Assembly: GCA_963841915.1 (NCBI GenBank)
Contig: CAWJEN010000005.1
Location: forward strand, 1,024,001-1,088,000
Direction: 5' to 3'
Length of the DNA: 64,000 nucleotides
Source of the DNA: an uncultured Planctomycetota bacterium
Lineage (GTDB): Bacteria; Planctomycetota; Phycisphaerae; Tepidisphaerales; Tepidisphaeraceae
The translations under genes and the position numbers were made by a program. The notes below the pieces were generated by a model. It did not search any database. It saw only the letters and a list, made by a program, of their open reading frames with translations, and was not told the origin of the DNA. Below, in pieces: positions 40,603-50,810 of the stretch. The first letter of the stretch is position 1, and each line of letters opens with the position of its first letter.

Positions 40603-41034
40603 CTAGTTCAGTTCACCAGCCGGTCGGACGCGATCGAAGGTGCTCAGGACACGTTGGCGGACCGAGACATCGTCGTAGCTGCGTCCGATGCCGATGCTGC
40701 TGCCACCAAAGCCGAACCCGCGAAACCCGCCGCCCCATCCGCCGATGCCACCGATGACGCGTTGGCGGTCGTCGATGTCGAGCAGGTAGGTCGAGATACG
40801 GGCCGAGTCGTAGCCGAGCAGGGCGGTCTCGCCGCGACCCGCTCGTGCGAGCCGGGCGTCGAGCGCGTCGCTGAGGTCGGCCGGGAACCGCTGTACCATC
40901 GGTGGTGCGTAGGCCAGGGCCGAGGCAGCGACGGGCTGTGCGACGGCCTGTTCCTGCTTATCGCTGCCGGCACAACCGACGCCCAAGAGGGTGACGAGGC
41001 AGCACGAGACGAGACTGAATGCATTCTTCCGCAT
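40603..41034 (-). CDS. Hypothetical lipoprotein
   Basis: Lipobox LGVGC; Gly-rich C-terminal part. Confidence 0.55.
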   Translation of the reverse strand: MRKNAFSLVSCCLVTLLGVGCAGSDKQEQAVAQPVAASALAYAPPMVQRFPADLSDALDARLARAGRGETALLGYDSARISTYLLDIDDRQRVIGGIGGWGGGFRGFGFGGSSIGIGRSYDDVSVRQRVLSTFDRVRPAGELN

Positions 41035-41264
41035 GGCAAGGCAAGGGCAACGACGGTGCCGCAGTGCCAAAGCTACCACACGATGGCCTCGTCGGCCGCA
41101 GGTCGTGCCGGATGATGCCAGGCGGCGGCGCGGCGAGGTGGATACGGTGCGACAAGACAACATCCGGATCGCGGGTTCCCGTCACACCCGTTCTCGATTA
41201 AACCCTTGCAGCGGCCTTTGTTAGCTGTCAACCACTGCCGCCCTCGCAACGTCACCCGCACGCC

Positions 41265-41675
41265 ATGGACACCATTACCAAGAAAGAGCTGATCGAACGC
41301 ATCGCCGACGAGACCGACGAGAAGCGGACGACGGTCAAAAAGGTCGTCCAGATGTTCCTCGATGAAGTCGTCGATGAGTTGGCCAAGGGCAATCGGCTCG
41401 AGTTCCGCGACTTCGGCGTGTTCGAGACCAAGGTTCGCCAAGCCCGCCGGGCCCAAAACCCGCGGAAGCGGCAAGCTGTCTGGGTGCCCCAGCGGACGAC
41501 GGTCAAGTTCAAGCTCGGTCGACTGCTGAAGCTCAAGCTCGAGGCGCTCGACGAGGACCGCAACACCGCCGCCGATGGCACGCCCGCACCGGCCGACCTG
41601 CCGGTGGCGACGCCCAAGAGTCAGATTGTCCGCAACAAGCCCAAGTCCGCAACACCGCCACCGGCAGGTGGCTGA
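41265..41675 (+). CDS. HU/IHF-family DNA-binding protein with Pro/Lys-rich tail
   Basis: TKKELI, LEFRDFGVF, R.A.NPR, VKFK.G. Confidence 0.92.
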   Translation: MDTITKKELIERIADETDEKRTTVKKVVQMFLDEVVDELAKGNRLEFRDFGVFETKVRQARRAQNPRKRQAVWVPQRTTVKFKLGRLLKLKLEALDEDRNTAADGTPAPADLPVATPKSQIVRNKPKSATPPPAGG

Positions 41676-41773
41676 GCAGTCGCGTGCGGGGCTGGTTGTG
41701 TATCGTGCCGAAGGACGGCTACGCTCGTCGCCCGCACCAGCCGGTGCGTCACGATCACGGAAGGACGTAGCGC

Positions 41774-44236
41774 GTGCGCCGGGTTCAAGGTCAACGACAA
41801 ACGACAACCTCGCGACTTCTCCAGGCTGCCGTTGTCGCGGGCCTGCTCGCGACCGCATCTACCGATGCCCAGGAGCCGGCCACGCAACCCGCCGGGCAAG
41901 GGCTCGTCACCGCTCGTGACGCCGCTGGTAAGACCGTGACCGACGTCCGGGTCGTCGGAAACGAGACCATCGGCGACACGCTCATTCTCAACACGGTCCG
42001 CACGCGACGGGGCGAACCCTTCGACGCCGAAACAGCCGAGAGCGACGTCCGACGCATCTTTGACCTACGTCGCTTCAGGCGCGTCGACGCCCGCTTCGCC
42101 CCGACGGCAGGAGGCGTGGAAGTCGTCTTCGAAGTGGTCGAACTCGCCCCGGTCGAGCAGATCGCGTTCACCGGCAACCGCGCCATTCCTGCAGAAAAGC
42201 TTCGACGCTTCATCGCCTATGAGGTCGGCTTCCGGGCGGGTCAGCGGGGCGACGACGTGCTCCTGTCGCTGGCGGCTGAGGCGATCGAGCGGCGTTATCG
42301 CGACCTGAACTACGCCCTGGTCCGCGTCGACGGCACCCGCGATCCTGCGACGGGCGTGGCGACATTTGCCATCACGGAGGGCCCGCTCGTCAACGTCCGC
42401 AACATCGACTTCCTCGGGGCAGACAGCTTCGGCGAGACGGAACTGAAGAAGCAAATCGGCACCCGCATCCGTTGGCCGCTGAAACTGTTCGGCCGCGACG
42501 GCACGCTTGACGAGCGACAGCTCGAAGCCGACGTCGCCTCGCTCCAGCAGTTCTACCGCCAGGAAAAGGGTTACTTCGACGCCCGTGTAGGGCGGCGGAT
42601 TGTCTGGTCGCCCGACCTCAAGGAAGTCCAAATCGAGTTCCTCGTCGACGAGGGCCCGCGATACGCGCTGGGCGACATCGAGTTCACCGGCCTTGATGTG
42701 GTCGAAGAAGCGGCACTTCGTGCGGCCATTGCGGCGGTCGATGTCGCGCCAGGTCAGCCGTTCGATGCCGAGAAGATTCGTCGGGCTACACGCGAAATTG
42801 TCAAGGCGTATGTCCCGTTCGGCCGCGTCTACCAGTCGCCAGGCTCTGGTGGCACGTCAGATCCCGACGACCTGCGCATTCGGCCGGTCACTGACTTTCG
42901 CCTCGAGCCGGGCATCGTTGATCTGACGTTTGCCATCGATGAGGGCAAACCCTTTGAGGTCGGCCGCATCCGCGTGCGTGGCAACGACAAGACGCAAGAC
43001 AAGGTGCTGCTCCGCCAGTTCGACCTCGCCCCCGGACAGGTCTACGACAGCGAGGCCGTCGAACGCGGCCTGCGGCGGCTATACGGGCTCGACTACTTCC
43101 AGCAGGTCCGTGTCTCTCCGCTGGCACCGCAAGCCGGGTTCGCCGACGAAGAGTTCGGCCGCCGCGACCTGCTCATTGAGGTCGAGGAAAAGAGCACCGC
43201 GCTCCTGAGCTTCGGCGGCTCGGTCAGCTCCAACGGTGGCGTGTTCGGTCAAATCAAGTACGACCAACGCAACTTCGACATCTTCGATTTTCCCGAGTCG
43301 GCGGGCGATATCTTCGGCGAAGCATTTCAAGGCGGTGGTCAGCGGTTGACGATTTCGCTCGAGCCGGGCACGGTTCGCACCAACGCGAGCATCAACTTTT
43401 TCGAGCCGTACTTCTTCGACCAGAACCTCGGCTTCGGCGCGACCGGTTACTACCGCACGACCCGCCGCCGCGAGTATCGCGACACGCGCGGCGGCGGTTC
43501 GATCCGGCTCGTACCACGCATCGGCCGAAACCTCAGCACGTCCATCAGCCTCCGCGGCGAAGACGTTCGCATCTTTGACCTTGACCAGCCGCTTGCCGAC
43601 CGTGCCCCCGAAATCGTCGCCGCCCGCGGTCACACGACGCTTACCAGCGTCGGCCTCAGCGTCGGGTACCAGGACGTCGACAGCCGTGTCGAAACCAGCC
43701 GCGGTTACGGCGTCGACCTCGGCTTCGAGGGCTTTGGTCCGCTTGGCGGACCGACTTTCCAGCGCCTGACCGCCAGCGGCAACGTCTTCGTGCCCGTTTA
43801 CGAAGATGATCGCGAACGCAAAACCGTTCTGGAGTTCCGGGCTGACGGTGGGGCGATCTACAACGACGCACCATTTTTCGAACGTTTCTATGCTGGCGGC
43901 ATCGGATCGATTCGCGGCTTCCGGTTCCGCGGCGTCAGCCCGCGAAGCGGCATCGACGATGACCCGGTTGGCGGTGACTACTCGGTCACCGGCACGGCGG
44001 CGGTCGGCTTCCCGCTCGTCGGGGAAGGGCTTCGCGGCGTCGTCTTCAGCGACTTCGGCAGCGTGGACGACGATGCGAGCCTCACTACGATCCGCGTGTC
44101 GGCCGGTGCCGGCATCCGCCTCAAGCTCGAGGCCGTCGGCAACGTGCCGCTCGCCTTCGACCTCGCCTGGCCCGTCAACAAACGTCCCGAGGACGAAGAG
44201 CAGGTCTTCAGCTTCTCGCTCGGCATTCTTCAGTAA
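41774..44236 (+). CDS. bamA: Outer membrane protein assembly factor BamA
   Basis: POTRA repeats (I.F.GN, GNDKT.DKVLLR), FFEPY, ERFYAGG..SIRGF; located in a bamA-skp-lpxD cluster. Start uncertain. Confidence 0.9.
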   Translation: MRRVQGQRQTTTSRLLQAAVVAGLLATASTDAQEPATQPAGQGLVTARDAAGKTVTDVRVVGNETIGDTLILNTVRTRRGEPFDAETAESDVRRIFDLRRFRRVDARFAPTAGGVEVVFEVVELAPVEQIAFTGNRAIPAEKLRRFIAYEVGFRAGQRGDDVLLSLAAEAIERRYRDLNYALVRVDGTRDPATGVATFAITEGPLVNVRNIDFLGADSFGETELKKQIGTRIRWPLKLFGRDGTLDERQLEADVASLQQFYRQEKGYFDARVGRRIVWSPDLKEVQIEFLVDEGPRYALGDIEFTGLDVVEEAALRAAIAAVDVAPGQPFDAEKIRRATREIVKAYVPFGRVYQSPGSGGTSDPDDLRIRPVTDFRLEPGIVDLTFAIDEGKPFEVGRIRVRGNDKTQDKVLLRQFDLAPGQVYDSEAVERGLRRLYGLDYFQQVRVSPLAPQAGFADEEFGRRDLLIEVEEKSTALLSFGGSVSSNGGVFGQIKYDQRNFDIFDFPESAGDIFGEAFQGGGQRLTISLEPGTVRTNASINFFEPYFFDQNLGFGATGYYRTTRRREYRDTRGGGSIRLVPRIGRNLSTSISLRGEDVRIFDLDQPLADRAPEIVAARGHTTLTSVGLSVGYQDVDSRVETSRGYGVDLGFEGFGPLGGPTFQRLTASGNVFVPVYEDDRERKTVLEFRADGGAIYNDAPFFERFYAGGIGSIRGFRFRGVSPRSGIDDDPVGGDYSVTGTAAVGFPLVGEGLRGVVFSDFGSVDDDASLTTIRVSAGAGIRLKLEAVGNVPLAFDLAWPVNKRPEDEEQVFSFSLGILQ

Positions 44237-44257
44237 ATCCTCCCAAGAGACTCCGCT

Positions 44258-44902
44258 ATGCACCACGCCCTCAAGCGCCCGCTCACCGTCGCAACGGCCG
44301 CCGCCCTGGCGATCACCGTCTCCATGCTCGCCTTCCAGCAGCCGGCGGCCACCGCCCAGGACGATGCCGTCAACGCTCCGGCCGATGGAGTAGGCGTGAT
44401 CGACTTCGGCAAGCTGCAGAGCGAGTCTGCGTTCGTCAAGGCACTGCAGGCAGAGCTGCAGGCGGCCGGCGAGGCAGCGGGGCAGGAGTTGCAACAAGCC
44501 CAGGCAACGTTTCAGGAAGACGTCAAAAACCTGCAGCTTTTGGCGGATGGCAGCGAGCAACGCCTGGAGAGAGAGCGCGAGCTCGGCGAGCGGCGGGCAT
44601 TGCTCGAGTATCGACAACAAGCGCTTCAGCAAGAGGTCGGTCTGCGTCAGAACGATGCGAACCTGAAGTTCTTCGACTTGGCCGAACAGGCCATCGCCGA
44701 AGTGGCCGAAGCTCGCGGTTTGGCCGTTGTCATCCGTAAGAACATTCAGGAGCTTCCCGATGACCGGGCCCGCTTGCGTCGCGTGGCGCCGAACGAGTTG
44801 GTGAACCTATTCCAGGGTCAGACGACGCTGTACGTCGCGTCGAATGTTGACATCACAAGCGAGGTCGTCGAGAAGCTCGACGCCGCCGCCGGTGGTGAAT
44901 GA
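44258..44902 (+). CDS. skp: Skp/OmpH periplasmic chaperone
   Basis: Signal peptide, VGVID, long coiled coil, VAE.RGL.VV, DITSEV; synteny. Confidence 0.85.
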   Translation: MHHALKRPLTVATAAALAITVSMLAFQQPAATAQDDAVNAPADGVGVIDFGKLQSESAFVKALQAELQAAGEAAGQELQQAQATFQEDVKNLQLLADGSEQRLERERELGERRALLEYRQQALQQEVGLRQNDANLKFFDLAEQAIAEVAEARGLAVVIRKNIQELPDDRARLRRVAPNELVNLFQGQTTLYVASNVDITSEVVEKLDAAAGGE

Positions 44903-44929
44903 AGCCCTAAATGAGCCGACGAGTCGGCC

Positions 44930-46003
44930 GTGATGCAGACGCCCGTGAACTCCCCCGCCCCCGCCCAGTTGACGCTCGCTGATGTCGCCGCCCATTTGGG
45001 TGTCGCCGCCCCTGACGGTGCTGCCGAGGTGAAGATTGACGGCGTCAACACGCTCGACGATGCCGAGGCGGGCGACCTGACGTTCCTGGCCTCGCCGCTC
45101 TTTGCCGCCGCTGCGTCGCGAAATCAGGCGGCGGCGGTGCTGGTCGCTGAAGAGCTTGCCGACGCCGACACAAACGGGCGCCCGCGTCTGATCGTCACCG
45201 ACGCCGCCGCTGCGACCGATCGGGCGCTCGACTTGTTCGCCTTCGAACCGACGCGGCCGCCTGTCGGTGTTGATGCAACAGCCGACGTCGCCGAAAACGT
45301 GTCGATCGGGCGCGACGTCCGCATCGGGGCGGGCGTCTCTGTCGGGCCCGGCTGTGTCCTCGGGCACGGCACCACCCTGCACAGCGGCGTCAGCCTCGGC
45401 CACAACGTCGTCCTCGGCGACAACTGCGAACTGTTTCAGCACGTCGTCATTCGAGAACGCTGCACGATCGGCGACCGCGTCATCATTCACGCTAGTGCCG
45501 TCATCGGCACTGACGGCTTTGGCTACCGCTTCGACGGCCGAAGTCACCGCAAGATCGCTCACGTCGGTCGCGTCGTCATCGAGAACGACGTCGAGATCGG
45601 CTCGCTCACCGCCATTGATCGTGGCAAGTTTGCAGAGACTCGTATCGGGGCAGGAACGAAGATCGACAATCTTGTTCAGATCGGCCACAACGTGCGAGTC
45701 GGCCGACTGTGCATCATCTGCGGCGCAGTCGGCATTGCCGGGAGCACAACGGTCGGTGACGGCGTCATTCTCGCAGGCGGATCGGGTCTCAAAGACCACA
45801 TCAAGGTCGGCGACGGAGCACGCGTTGCCGGCTACACCGGCGTGGGTGGAGACGTCGAGGCCGGCGCCACGGTCATGGGCGCGCTCTACGCGATGCCGCA
45901 GAAGCAGTTCCTCCGCGAGCAGGCAGCCATGAGGCGACTGCCCGACGTGCTGAAGCAGCTCAAGGTACTGCAAGCGAAGGTCGACGCCATGCAGCGGGAT
46001 TGA
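44930..46003 (+). CDS. lpxD: UDP-3-O-acylglucosamine N-acyltransferase
   Basis: Hexapeptide repeats, IGTDGFGY, IDRG, KIDNLVQIGHNV. Confidence 0.95.
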   Translation: MMQTPVNSPAPAQLTLADVAAHLGVAAPDGAAEVKIDGVNTLDDAEAGDLTFLASPLFAAAASRNQAAAVLVAEELADADTNGRPRLIVTDAAAATDRALDLFAFEPTRPPVGVDATADVAENVSIGRDVRIGAGVSVGPGCVLGHGTTLHSGVSLGHNVVLGDNCELFQHVVIRERCTIGDRVIIHASAVIGTDGFGYRFDGRSHRKIAHVGRVVIENDVEIGSLTAIDRGKFAETRIGAGTKIDNLVQIGHNVRVGRLCIICGAVGIAGSTTVGDGVILAGGSGLKDHIKVGDGARVAGYTGVGGDVEAGATVMGALYAMPQKQFLREQAAMRRLPDVLKQLKVLQAKVDAMQRD

Positions 46004-46034
46004 GTCTTCGTCGGCAGCGCGGCGACGGTCACTG

Positions 46035-47201
46035 CTACGCGATAAACGTCTTCTTCTTCCGACCGCTGAGGTAGCTTTCCATCACGCAGTTGCTGAGCTC
46101 GCCGCTGGCGGTGTAGAAGCTCACGCCCTTGGTGAGCTTCGTGAGCTGATCGACGAAGCCAACCCAGTCCATGCCGTAGTAGTCCTCGACGAGGGCAAAT
46201 GTGGCGAATCGGCAGCCCTCTTTGCGGGCGAGTAATGCTTCCTTCAGCGTCGCAGCCGTGCTGCGAGGGTCTGGCGGGTAGAGCAGAAACACGTCCTTGC
46301 CCTCGACGTGTGCCGTGGGCTGACCATCGGTAATGATGAACAGTTGCTTCGTCTCGGCGGCCTTCCGCTTGAGGATGCGGCGGGCGATCTGCAGGCCCAT
46401 GTGCAGATTTGTAAAGTGCTGTGGAGCCCGCTCAATCTTGTCGATGGGCACGCGCAGTCGCACCTCGTAGTCGTAGATCGTCACAGGCTTTGGCGTGGCC
46501 AGCGGCAGCTCGCGTTCGCTGATCGGGTTGGCCCCGCTGTAGAAGCCGACGAAGTCGATCGTGTCCATCGGGAACTTGGACCGGATCATCGCCGCCATCG
46601 CCATCGCAACCTTCTTGGCGTTGTGCCAGCGGCCATACCGCATCATCGAGCCGCTCATGTCGAGCAAGACGACAGTGCTACACGAGCTGGTGCCCTCGTG
46701 CTGGTGCAACTCCATGTCCCGCTCGTCGAACGCGAGCTTGCCGCCGGCTTTGAAGTCGGGCAAACCGTGGCGATGGAGGCTGTTGTGCAGCGTCTTGTGG
46801 AGGTCGAGGTCGCTGACGGGGTCGCCGAACTGATAGGGCTTGGTGCCGTCGACGCGTTCGCCACCGGTGCCGGGGGTGGTCTTGCGGTGACCGTCTCGGC
46901 GGCCTTGCTGCATGTTCTCGAAGACCTCGAGCAGGGCCTTTTGCTGCATGCCCGTGACGGCCTTGGGCGTCAGACGCAGCTTACCGCTCTCGTCCTTCTC
47001 GAGCTGACCCTCCTTAAGCATCTTCTCGATGAACTCAGTAATATCCGGGTCTGCCTGATCCGGATTCTCCATCATCTGCTGGAGCGCATTCATGGCGTCG
47101 TCGCCATGACGCATCATGAGGTTCATGAGCTGGTCGCTGCCGAACAGGCCGTCCTGAGACGGAAACTCTTCACCGTCGAATTCGCCGTATGAGAACTTCA
47201 C
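46035..47201 (-). CDS. VWA-domain protein, likely partner of a Mg-chelatase-like AAA+ ATPase
   Basis: MIDAS DMSGS, TN...GL, ITDGQPTA, Y.FGD...DLD. Confidence 0.85.
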   Translation of the reverse strand: MKFSYGEFDGEEFPSQDGLFGSDQLMNLMMRHGDDAMNALQQMMENPDQADPDITEFIEKMLKEGQLEKDESGKLRLTPKAVTGMQQKALLEVFENMQQGRRDGHRKTTPGTGGERVDGTKPYQFGDPVSDLDLHKTLHNSLHRHGLPDFKAGGKLAFDERDMELHQHEGTSSCSTVVLLDMSGSMMRYGRWHNAKKVAMAMAAMIRSKFPMDTIDFVGFYSGANPISERELPLATPKPVTIYDYEVRLRVPIDKIERAPQHFTNLHMGLQIARRILKRKAAETKQLFIITDGQPTAHVEGKDVFLLYPPDPRSTAATLKEALLARKEGCRFATFALVEDYYGMDWVGFVDQLTKLTKGVSFYTASGELSNCVMESYLSGRKKKTFIA

Positions 47202-47219
47202 GTCTTATTCTACGAACGG

Positions 47220-47864
47220 TCAGACGCCGACGTTCCTGCGTGGGCTGGCGCTGCCGCTGAGGGTAAAAGTTTCCGCGGTGGCGGCTTCGGGGTTGACGCC
47301 TGGGCCAGCCGAGACACCGACCGTCAGGACCATCGTCGCCCGTCGCAACTGGTCATGATCCAGGATGCCGCGTCGCGTGTTGCCGCTGCTCCGCATGGGC
47401 TGAAATGCACAGCGGAAGTCGACGACGTTGCGCAGCACCACCCAGGCGGGGCCGCCGTCGATTGTTTGTCGAAGCTCGCCTGAGTCGTCATCAAATTCCC
47501 AGGCGATTGTGCGGAAGGCGACGGTGCCGTCCGCCAGGGTGTACGGCTCGTAGACGACAAACCCGACGTCTTCGACGGTCTCGCCTCTGGCGAAGTCTGC
47601 ACGGACCGACGGCGTGAGTGGGCCTGGGTCGTGTGCGGTGCCGGCACCGTTGTCCATGTCGTCGGTCGATCGCAGCAGCGCCAGCCCGCGATCAAGCGTC
47701 AGCCGGACCCGCTGCGACGTGTCACCGGCGGCGGCGTTGGCTTGGTACGACGCGAAACCCGCATCGGCCGAGACAGCTACCGCCGTCAGGACAGCCGCAC
47801 TGATGCTGACGGCGATGAGTAGTTCGGCAAGCCCGAGACCACGACGTTTGTTGAAGTTCTTCAT
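47220..47864 (-). CDS. Minor pilin/pseudopilin (PilW-like)
   Basis: RRG|LGLAELLIAVSISAAVL class III signal. Confidence 0.75.
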   Translation of the reverse strand: MKNFNKRRGLGLAELLIAVSISAAVLTAVAVSADAGFASYQANAAAGDTSQRVRLTLDRGLALLRSTDDMDNGAGTAHDPGPLTPSVRADFARGETVEDVGFVVYEPYTLADGTVAFRTIAWEFDDDSGELRQTIDGGPAWVVLRNVVDFRCAFQPMRSSGNTRRGILDHDQLRRATMVLTVGVSAGPGVNPEAATAETFTLSGSASPRRNVGV

Positions 47865-47868
47865 GGCG

Positions 47869-50166
47869 TTAATCCTCGCGGTACGAGTCGGGAACGGCCT
47901 CAACGAGGACGTGGATGTTGATGCCGTCCGGCAGGGCGCGGTACGGGTTGTAGCGGATGTTGAGCCGCCCGTAGCCACCGGTTTCTGGAAGGGCGTCAGT
48001 GCTCGTGTTGGAGTCGCTCGAGCCGAAGTAGCCGAGCGTCGTGTTGCCGGCTCCGTCGCCGGTGACGATGATGGAGCCATCCACCACACCGACGCCGCGG
48101 ATGTCGATGTTACCGGCCACGACAACGCCCTTCATGGTGCTGGGCGCTTCACCGGGCCGCTCGAAGCTGCCCATCTCGATGTTCGTCTGCGGAGCGATGA
48201 TGGTCGCCGTCTCGTCGGCGAGATTCTCGAACTTGGTGTCGCCGGTGAACTCCCAAGAGTTGCTGAAGTGCGTGTACGCCGTCGAAAAGCCGTTGGCGAT
48301 GGGGCCCTTAAAGGTGCAGCTGTCAAAGCGAAGGTTGTTGCCCTCGTTGAACGCATGAGAATTGTCAGTCGTCAACGTCTTGGAGTTGCTGAACGAGCCG
48401 CTTTTCATCCGCTTGGCCCACCAGGATCCGTCACCGCTGCTGGTGCGGACGGTGCCATTGCGCTCGATGTCTCGCTCTACATCGACAAAGGTGACGCCTT
48501 CGAAGGTGACGTTCTTGAAGACGGCGTTCATGCCGCGTGGGATCGTGACGTTGCGGAGCGTCACATTTTCGAAAACCGGCCGCTCGTAGGTCGCCTGGAA
48601 GCTGCCTGAGCCGTAAGGCGTCTGCTCGACTGCCTTCTCGAACTCGACGCCGTCCGTCGTGACAGTGCGTTTTGCGTCGCTTGGTTGGAGCGTCGCGTTC
48701 TCGATAACGGTTGGCTGTAGCTCGACGCCCCAGTCGCCGTAGATGCTGCCGAAGGTGGCAAACGAGCCGGCGTCGGCCCAGAAGGTGGAGCCGATGTTGC
48801 TCCCGGTCCGCTTAATCCACAGCTCCTTGCCGTCACTGTTGGTGACTGGTGCCATCTGACGGTTTGGCGTGCCGGCATTCTCACCACTGCGGGCGGCGAA
48901 CGCTTCGGTCGCTCCCTCAAAATTCAATGGGTTGAGGTCGAGCATTTCCTCCGGCGGGGCACCAAATCGCACGGGGGCTGCGTCGGGTGAATCGGAGACG
49001 AGCGGGCCACGCATGAGGTCGCGAATCGTCTCGCCCTTGCCCCGGTTGTCGAGCCAGTTCTGCCAGGACTCGGCGCTGTCTCGCATGGAGACGGTGCCAC
49101 GGACCTTGGCGTAGAGGTCGCTCTTGTCGAGATACCCGTCGTTCCAACCGACACGAGCCGTGTCGCCGTCGAACATGGGGCCACCCGCTGCGTCGACAGC
49201 CGCCCAAAGGTCGGGCTCGTAGAGGCCGTCGGGGCCGGTGAACTCCAGCTTGCTGATCGACAGGTCGCCGTCGCTATCGAAACGCTCCAGCAATAGATCG
49301 AACTCGTCGATCCAGCCGTCGCCGTCGTAGTCGCTGAAACCTGCATCCTCGGCGACGGCGGCGACTGGTGAGTTGGTCTTGATGCGGTTGCCCCAGTCGG
49401 CACTCTCGCCGACGAGCAACTCGTGCCAATCGTCGAGCCGGCCCTCGAGCCAGGAGTCGAAGTGGGCAAAGTCGCTGAGAATGAGGTACGGGCTGAACTT
49501 GTTGGCCGTGCCCATGGCGACGGGGCCGTCAACGAGCGTGTTGCGGCCGAGTTGAATGCGTGTCTTGCCGACGACGGCAAAGTCGATTCGCTTGTCGAGG
49601 CTGAACCGCATACGGCTGGTCCGCGAGACTTCGCGGCTCGTGCCGACGTCGGTGGTTGCGGTCGCGGCGACTTCGATGAAGTGGCGGTAGTTACGACTGC
49701 CGGCCGTTGTCTCGTATGCGGCTGCGGGCAGCCGTTCGATGCGGACGGACAGCTCGCCACCGTTGAGTTGCATGCCGCTCATGGAGACGGAGTCGGGCTC
49801 GCTGACGACGGTCACGAAGTCGATGGCCGCCCAGTCGTCGGCGATGCGGTCGCGCATGCCGACGTGCGTTCCGTCGCCGTCGCTCCAGCCGAGCCAGACG
49901 TCGTCGGCGTCACCGCTGTCGAGTCGGCCTTTGGTGCTTCGTGGGCGAAGCGACGGGTCGGCGAGACGCGCCGCTTGCCAACGCAAACCCGACTCGGCCA
50001 ACGACCGGGCGCGGAGCGTGTCGGAGACGATGGCTGCACCGCGTCCGTTGAGCGTTGCGACGTGGAACATCGCCGTCGCCAGACCGCTGAGCAGAACGAG
50101 GTAGAGCATGGCCAAAACGGCCGCCGCCCCACGCCGCTTCCGATGGATGATTGGCTGCGTCTTCAT
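47869..50166 (-). CDS. Large PilX-like pilus protein with EF-hand-like motifs
   Basis: RRG|AAAVLAMLYLVLL (no E5), A..LAESGL; DYDGDGWIDEFD and DSDGDLSISKLEF. Confidence 0.7.
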   Translation of the reverse strand: MKTQPIIHRKRRGAAAVLAMLYLVLLSGLATAMFHVATLNGRGAAIVSDTLRARSLAESGLRWQAARLADPSLRPRSTKGRLDSGDADDVWLGWSDGDGTHVGMRDRIADDWAAIDFVTVVSEPDSVSMSGMQLNGGELSVRIERLPAAAYETTAGSRNYRHFIEVAATATTDVGTSREVSRTSRMRFSLDKRIDFAVVGKTRIQLGRNTLVDGPVAMGTANKFSPYLILSDFAHFDSWLEGRLDDWHELLVGESADWGNRIKTNSPVAAVAEDAGFSDYDGDGWIDEFDLLLERFDSDGDLSISKLEFTGPDGLYEPDLWAAVDAAGGPMFDGDTARVGWNDGYLDKSDLYAKVRGTVSMRDSAESWQNWLDNRGKGETIRDLMRGPLVSDSPDAAPVRFGAPPEEMLDLNPLNFEGATEAFAARSGENAGTPNRQMAPVTNSDGKELWIKRTGSNIGSTFWADAGSFATFGSIYGDWGVELQPTVIENATLQPSDAKRTVTTDGVEFEKAVEQTPYGSGSFQATYERPVFENVTLRNVTIPRGMNAVFKNVTFEGVTFVDVERDIERNGTVRTSSGDGSWWAKRMKSGSFSNSKTLTTDNSHAFNEGNNLRFDSCTFKGPIANGFSTAYTHFSNSWEFTGDTKFENLADETATIIAPQTNIEMGSFERPGEAPSTMKGVVVAGNIDIRGVGVVDGSIIVTGDGAGNTTLGYFGSSDSNTSTDALPETGGYGRLNIRYNPYRALPDGINIHVLVEAVPDSYRED

Positions 50167-50176
50167 GGTGTCTCCG

Positions 50177-50689
50177 TCAGGGCGTGCGGTACCAACTTGT
50201 GCGGGTGACTTCTCGTTGTGGCGATGCGGGTGTCCGCTGCCAGAGCACCACGACGTCCACGCGCATCGCGCCGGTGCCGGGCTCGGACAACGAAAGGCCG
50301 TCGACGGACGTGACCGTCACCTGCTGGGCGTACTGGTCGAGTTCCGGTATGGCAATTCTCAACGCGTCGATCGGGCCGGCGAGTCCGGTTGAATCAAAGT
50401 TGTGGAAGTCGTCGAGGTCGTTAAACGTGGGCAGAGTCTCGCCCGGTTCAAATCCGAACGTGCTGTCGCGGGTGATCGGGTCGTTGTAAGGCAGGTGGGC
50501 CATCGCCTCTTCGAGATGGCGGGCCAGGCTGCTGGCGACGGTGAGGCGACGAGCCTCACGATTGCTTTGCGTCACAGCGGCGAACAGCTCGGCGGCGGCA
50601 ACGCAGCCGGTCCCGACAATTACGATCGCCAGCGCTGCCTCGATCAGCGTAAAGCCGCGGCGGGATGTTCGTGGTCGTAGAGGCATCAC
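50177..50689 (-). CDS. Minor pilin (PilV-like)
   Basis: RRG|FTLIEAALAIVIVG. Confidence 0.8.
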   Translation of the reverse strand: MMPLRPRTSRRGFTLIEAALAIVIVGTGCVAAAELFAAVTQSNREARRLTVASSLARHLEEAMAHLPYNDPITRDSTFGFEPGETLPTFNDLDDFHNFDSTGLAGPIDALRIAIPELDQYAQQVTVTSVDGLSLSEPGTGAMRVDVVVLWQRTPASPQREVTRTSWYRTP

Positions 50690-50761
50690 TTCTATAGATC
50701 GGATTCAGCCTGTGCTCAGTCAAGATGGGCAAGCTCGAATACGTTCGTCCGCATAAGAAGA

Positions 50762-50788
50762 ACGCCCACAGGCAGGACCTGTGGGCGT
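50762..50788 (-). terminator. Intrinsic terminator after pilC
   Basis: ACGCCCACAGG/CCTGTGGGCGT stem followed by TCTTCTT on the minus strand. Confidence 0.65.
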
Positions 50789-50810
50789 CGAGGTTTCGGC
50801 TTGACCTGGT

